From assembly GCA_040235515.1 (NCBI GenBank), contig JBECKX010000218.1, positions 1 to 13,509 on the forward strand: a stretch of DNA of 13,509 nt, given 5' to 3'. Made by a program: the position numbers and the translations under genes. The DNA comes from Candidatus Zixiibacteriota bacterium (GTDB lineage: Bacteria; Zixibacteria; MSB-5A5; CAIYYT01). Positions 9,406 through 13,509 of the stretch are shown here, piece after piece; within the stretch, counting starts at the first letter, position 1; each line of letters opens with the position of its first letter. Below the pieces are notes generated by a model, which was not told where the DNA came from, did no database searches, and saw only the letters and a program-made list of their open reading frames with translations.

Positions 9406-9478
9406 AGCCACCCATCGGATTCGAACCGACGACCTGCTCATTACGAGTGAGCTGCTCTACCAACTGAGCTAGGGTGGC
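9406..9478 (-). tRNA. tRNA-Thr(CGT), CCA not encoded
   Basis: GCCACCC acceptor stem, D-arm AGCTCAGTTGGTAGAGC, anticodon arm GCTCA-CT-CGT-AA-TGAGC, T-loop TTCGAAT. Confidence 0.97.
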
Positions 9479-9571
9479 CTTGACGAAAATTCAAGTGCAA
9501 TGCGGGCTCAGGCTCGCTGAGTCTGTACGTTAGAGACTCAATGGGCTGCGCCCTACGATCAGGTAGTCGGG

Positions 9572-9599
9572 AAAATATCGTTTTTCTATAGCGTGTCAA
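9572..9599 (-). promoter_or_regulatory. promoter of tRNA-Thr
   Basis: TTGACA (9599-9594), 16-nt spacer, TATTTT (9577-9572). Confidence 0.55.
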
Positions 9600-9635
9600 C
9601 GTTAATCTCTGCCCAACCGCGACCGCGATTTGGTC

Positions 9636-9664
9636 TTGTGACAGCAATACCACTTTTGTATAGT
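9636..9664 (+). promoter_or_regulatory. possible promoter of the small ORF-symporter operon
   Basis: TTGTGA, 17-nt spacer, TATAGT. Confidence 0.4.
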
Positions 9665-9697
9665 CTGCTAAAATCAGAACAGAAGGATAGTCTCGTT

Positions 9698-9793
9698 ATG
9701 CCATTTTCGACATGGTTCTTCCTGGTCGTTCCACCCGTACTCCTGATGGCGCTGGAGCTTGTCTGGTTCTTCAGGAACGATAGAGAAAGTTGA
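9698..9793 (+). CDS. 31-aa single-TM peptide upstream of the SSS symporter
   Basis: MPFSTWFFLVVPPVLLMALELVWFFRNDRES; AGAAGGA SD upstream; its stop overlaps the SD (GAGGGGG) of the symporter. Confidence 0.6.
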   Translation: MPFSTWFFLVVPPVLLMALELVWFFRNDRES

Positions 9794-9804
9794 GGGGGTG
9801 GCCT

Positions 9805-11229
9805 GTGGATGCAACACTAACCGGATTTATCATCTATCTGGTCGTGATCCTGATCGTTGGGCTGCTGACCTATCGGCTCAATAAGACGATCGATGATTTC
9901 CTGATTGCGGGCCGCAAGCTGGGACCGTGGGTTGTCGCGATCTCAGAGCGGGCATCGGGCGAGTCAGCCTGGTTGTTGATTGGGTTGCCCGGTCTGGCAT
10001 GGGCTTCCGGATTTTCGGCGCTGTGGCCGGCGATCGGGTGCACGTTCGGGATTTGGTTCTCGTGGGTATTCGTTGCGACGCGGCTGCGTTCGGAGACGGA
10101 GCGGCTCGGTGCGTTGACGCTGCCTGATTATTTCGCCGCGAAGTTCAAGGATGAATCGCACCTGCTGCGGGGGGTGGCAACCGTGGTGATCGTGTTCTTT
10201 TTCACCTCTTACGTCGCTGCGCAGTTTCTGGCGGCGGGAAAGGTTCTCAACGCCAGTTTCGGGATTTCGCAGTTCTGGGGAATGGTACTCGGCGCGGCGA
10301 TAATTTTGTTCTATACGATTATGGGCGGGTTCTTCGCGGTTGCCTGGACCGACCTGTTTCAGGGGATCTTGATGGTAGTCACGCTGGTGCTGCTGCCGAC
10401 GATTGCGTTCATCGATATTGGCGGGTTTGACGCGCTGGCGGCGAAGTTGCATTCCGTCGATCCGAGTTTGTTGAGTGTCGGTGAAGGCAAGTCGGGCTGG
10501 GAGATGTGGGCGGTGATCATCGGTGGCCTGGCGATTGGCCTTGGTTACATGGGGCAACCCCACCTGCTGACACGATTTATGGCAATCCGTAATGTCAAGG
10601 AGTTGAAGCGGGGATCGTTGATTGCGGTGACCTGGGCGCTGCTGGCGTTCTGGGGCGCGGTCCTGATCGGCGTATTCGGGCTGGCGTATTTCGGCACGGA
10701 GTTGATGGATAGTGAAAAGATTATGCCGGAGATGGTTCACCTGCTGGTGCCGGCGTGGCTGGCGGGGATATTGATTTCCGGCGCGATTGCGGCGATGATG
10801 TCGACGGCCGATAGTCAACTGCTGGTTTCAACTTCGGCGGTTTCCGAGGATGTCTACCGGCAGATGATCAACAAGAATGCGTCGCAGTCGACGCTGGTTG
10901 CGATTTCGCGAGTTGCGACCGTGGCGATCGCGGCGGTGGCATTCGTGCTGGCGCTGACGGCTGAGGATACGGTTTACCGGTTTGTGTTGTACGCCTGGGC
11001 GGGGCTGGGAGCATCGTTCGGGCCGGGTATCATTCTCTCGCTCTGGTGGAAGCGGACTTCCAGGATGGGTGTATTGGCGGGGATGATCTCCGGTACGGCA
11101 ACGGTGGTGTTGTGGAAGTCAGTTTTTGATCTCGGCGGATTGCTGTATGAACTGGTGCCGGGCTTTTTTGTGGCGTTGTTGTTGGTATGGGTTGTGAGTG
11201 TGCTGGCTCCGGATGCGCGAACGGCATGA
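9805..11229 (+). CDS. putP: sodium/proline symporter-like SSS family transporter (474 aa)
   Basis: DFLIAGRKLGPWV, WLLIGLPG, GGFFAVAWTD, GLGYMGQPH...RFMA, AAMMSTADSQLL and YAWAGLGASFGP are PutP-family motifs. GTG start after the GAGGGGG SD. Confidence 0.9.
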   Translation: MDATLTGFIIYLVVILIVGLLTYRLNKTIDDFLIAGRKLGPWVVAISERASGESAWLLIGLPGLAWASGFSALWPAIGCTFGIWFSWVFVATRLRSETERLGALTLPDYFAAKFKDESHLLRGVATVVIVFFFTSYVAAQFLAAGKVLNASFGISQFWGMVLGAAIILFYTIMGGFFAVAWTDLFQGILMVVTLVLLPTIAFIDIGGFDALAAKLHSVDPSLLSVGEGKSGWEMWAVIIGGLAIGLGYMGQPHLLTRFMAIRNVKELKRGSLIAVTWALLAFWGAVLIGVFGLAYFGTELMDSEKIMPEMVHLLVPAWLAGILISGAIAAMMSTADSQLLVSTSAVSEDVYRQMINKNASQSTLVAISRVATVAIAAVAFVLALTAEDTVYRFVLYAWAGLGASFGPGIILSLWWKRTSRMGVLAGMISGTATVVLWKSVFDLGGLLYELVPGFFVALLLVWVVSVLAPDARTA

Positions 11230-11275
11230 GAATTGAGCGATTTGGCGGAAAAGCGGGAGTGAGGAGCGATCAATG

Positions 11276-11348
<73 letters not shown>

Positions 11349-11366
11349 AGCATCAGAAAGACCGTT

Positions 11367-11394
11367 AATCTATTTACTCAAGGGGATTTGTCAA
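11367..11394 (-). promoter_or_regulatory. promoter of tRNA-Phe
   Basis: TTGACA (11394-11389), 16-nt spacer, TAGATT (11372-11367), about 20 nt upstream of the tRNA. Confidence 0.7.
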
Positions 11395-11442
11395 TTTGTT
11401 TTTGAGGGCGAGTTCTGAGCTGTATTGACGCGGACCAAAGCC

Positions 11443-12348
11443 TTACACGCTGCCGTCGATCTTGCGGAGTTCCTTGAATGCCCAGTCGAGCATCCGGGTG
11501 GTCTGACGGAAACGCTGATATTTGGAGCGGGCACCGAGCACGACGGTCGTTACAGAGTGTCCTTCGCTATCGTTGGCGCGGGTCACGAAACACCAACCGG
11601 CTTCAAAGATATAGCCGGTCTTGCCACCATCGAGATCGTAGCGTCCGGTGAGGAGGCGATTAGTGTTGCCGAAGGTGTAGGCGCGTTTTCGTTTCACCGA
11701 GCGGAAGCTGTAGCTGCGGGTCTGCAGGACCTTGCTGATCGTTTCGTTGTCGAGGGCGTGGTTTAGCAACTGGGCGCAATCGGCAGCGCTGGCGACATTG
11801 AACTCGGAGAGTCCGGTCGGTTCTTCGACGCTGAGTGTCAACAGACCGAGCGATCGGGCTTTGGCATTCATTGCCTCCACGAACTGATCCATCTCCAGCC
11901 CCGATCCCTTGACAAGTGCGCGGGCCGCCCTGTTGTCTGAAGCCATCAGCGCGACATGGAAAAGATCGCGCAGTTTGTAGGTATACCCGCAACGTAAGAC
12001 GGAGCGAGATGAGTTGCGGCACTCATCCGAAGTCAGCTTGATCGGTTGCTCCCAGTCGATATCAAAGTCGAGGAGCGTCAGGGTTGTCAGCAGTTTGGTG
12101 ATACTGGCGATGGGCCGAACTTCATAGGCGTTGCGTTCGAGCAATGGTTGGTGAAGAGTGTTGTCATAACAGTAGGCGGCTTCCGCGTAGATGCGAGGGG
12201 CTTGATCGGGCAGGACGATCTGCTCAGGCGCGGGAGGTCCGACGAACCCGGGGCTGAGCGAAACGTTGGCGGGAACCACCGAGAAGTAGCTGACGGTCAT
12301 GATGATGACCATCAGGAACAACATAAATCTGCGTGCGACTTTACTCAT
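11443..12348 (-). CDS. peptidase S11 D-Ala-D-Ala carboxypeptidase/endopeptidase (PBP7/PbpG-like), 301 aa
   Basis: SxxK (ASITKL), SxN (SDN) and KTG (GKTGY) motifs; N-terminal signal/anchor; ATG 12348 overlaps the DUF72 stop region, with GGAG upstream. Confidence 0.9.
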   Translation of the reverse strand: MSKVARRFMLFLMVIIMTVSYFSVVPANVSLSPGFVGPPAPEQIVLPDQAPRIYAEAAYCYDNTLHQPLLERNAYEVRPIASITKLLTTLTLLDFDIDWEQPIKLTSDECRNSSRSVLRCGYTYKLRDLFHVALMASDNRAARALVKGSGLEMDQFVEAMNAKARSLGLLTLSVEEPTGLSEFNVASAADCAQLLNHALDNETISKVLQTRSYSFRSVKRKRAYTFGNTNRLLTGRYDLDGGKTGYIFEAGWCFVTRANDSEGHSVTTVVLGARSKYQRFRQTTRMLDWAFKELRKIDGSV

Positions 12349-13120
12349 CAAGCATCTCCAGAAGTTGCCGCGCATTCGTTACCGCCTGTCCCTGGTGGCA
12401 ATTATTGAAGAAAATATAGACGATCTCGGCGTTCTCGCGGAGAGCGTCGATTTTCTTAATCCATTCGCGCAACTCTTCTTCGGTATACAAATAGTCGTAG
12501 CGGTCGGAACCGTTGCCGCTATACCATTTTTCGGCATTTCTACCATGAAACCTGACATATCCCGTCTTGCCCGTAGAGATTGCCAGCGGAGGCACCATCT
12601 GCTCCAACTGAGGCTCGTCGACCGATACATAACTGAGTCCCAACGACTTAAGGAGGTCGAAGGTGTCCTGCCTGATCCAGCTGGCGTGTCGAAATTCGAC
12701 AAAAAGATGTAATAAATCAAAACTCTCCGCGCAAGCCTTAATATGGTCTATGTTCTCTACTGTCCGCCGAAATGACCAGGGGAACTGAAGGAGAATTCCT
12801 TTGAGGCGGCCGGAATCGATCAGCGGGCGGATTGCCTCAAGGTAGACAGCTGTTTCAGTTGGAAACTGCCGGCGTTTGTGGGTGGCTGACTCGTGGGCTT
12901 TGACGATAAAGTCGAACTTCTCCCCTGTTCTCTCCACCATCGACTCGAATGTGCGGGCCGGCGGGATGCGGTAGTAGGTGGCATTGATTTCGACCGTGTT
13001 GAAGAACTGGGTGTAGTAGTCGAGCATCTTTGCCCTGGCGAGTTTTGCGGGATAGAAGGGGCCTTTCCAGTCGTCGAAGGAGTAGCCGGAGGTGCCGATG
13101 CGAACGGGGGCTTTGGGCAT
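12341..13120 (-). CDS. DUF72 (YecE-like) domain protein
   Basis: RIGTSGYSFDDWKGPFYP, VEINATYYRIP, LLQFP, VEFRHASW, YVRFHGRN, YDYLY and FFNN are hallmark DUF72 motifs. Confidence 0.93.
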   Translation of the reverse strand: MPKAPVRIGTSGYSFDDWKGPFYPAKLARAKMLDYYTQFFNTVEINATYYRIPPARTFESMVERTGEKFDFIVKAHESATHKRRQFPTETAVYLEAIRPLIDSGRLKGILLQFPWSFRRTVENIDHIKACAESFDLLHLFVEFRHASWIRQDTFDLLKSLGLSYVSVDEPQLEQMVPPLAISTGKTGYVRFHGRNAEKWYSGNGSDRYDYLYTEEELREWIKKIDALRENAEIVYIFFNNCHQGQAVTNARQLLEMLDE

Positions 13121-13129
13121 AGTCTACGT

Positions 13130-13157
13130 ATGATAATTGATGATGGCGCTTTGTAAA
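13130..13157 (-). promoter_or_regulatory. promoter of the DUF72-S11 operon (near-leaderless)
   Basis: TTTACA (13157-13152), 16-nt spacer, TATCAT (13135-13130), only 9 nt before the ATG; no SD. Confidence 0.5.
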
Positions 13158-13330
13158 TCATTTTTGCGGGGGTTGCAGGAGGGACACACTCCGTCCCGAC
13201 CGCGCCGCTTCTGCGCCATGGCACGCAGGCGGTGAGGAAGGGTGGCAAGCTCTCTGCTCCAAGATGGAGGAAGCACTGAAATCGCCACGATGACCTTCTA
13301 TACGCTTCGACAAAGAGTGAACCTTCCTTT

Positions 13331-13353
13331 GTAGGGGCGAGTGGCACTCGCCC
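13331..13353 (+). repeat. GTAG-type REP-like palindrome
   Basis: GTAG followed by a perfect inverted repeat GGGCGAGTG-G-CACTCGCCC. Confidence 0.55.
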
Positions 13354-13386
13354 AGGCAGCATCTGGTTGTGGCGTAGTGAAGAGAT

Positions 13387-13412
13387 CCCCACCGCGAGCG
13401 GTGGGGCACCCG
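13387..13412. repeat. REP-like palindrome
   Basis: CCCCACCGC-GA-GCGGTGGGG followed by CACCCG. Confidence 0.5.
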
Positions 13413-13509
13413 CAGGAGGACGTGATCGTGCGCGGCGTACCTCCCGGTGCGTCGCGTTTTTCTTGGCCCCCCAACACCTCGCCCTTGAATTGACGACCGG
13501 CTCACACGA

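Noticed and set aside
9964..10818. 284-aa minus-strand ORF
   Set aside because: Antisense shadow of the symporter, with low-complexity R/Q/H composition.
12820..13505. ORFs 12820-13392 and 13158-13505
   Set aside because: They overlap DUF72 out of frame or run through the palindrome cluster, with no recognisable protein features.

Overview
Bacterial chromosome segment, probably from an FCB-group lineage such as Zixibacteria (inferred from a large FG-GAP protein with a Por/FlgD-type C-terminal sorting tail and strong GGAGG Shine-Dalgarno use; needs 16S classification). The left ~3 kb looks accessory and is lower in GC. It holds a truncated YciI-like gene, a stand-alone GIY-YIG nuclease, a 76-aa putative winged-helix protein, and a translationally coupled two-gene operon. 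That operon pairs a polyprenyl-synthase-fold enzyme, which keeps both DDxxD motifs but has lost most IPP-binding residues, with a 2-TM protein carrying a probable non-catalytic PLD-like domain. It is the best candidate for an undescribed system (signal synthase plus membrane effector architecture). Next is a solitary 16S rRNA gene with its own promoter, boxA, processing stem and terminator, and no linked tRNA or 23S. The rest contains a PEP-CTERM protein, the FG-GAP secreted protein, tRNA-Thr(CGT), a 31-aa membrane peptide followed by a PutP-like symporter, tRNA-Phe(GAA), an S11 peptidase coupled to a DUF72 gene, and a cluster of REP-like palindromes at the right end.
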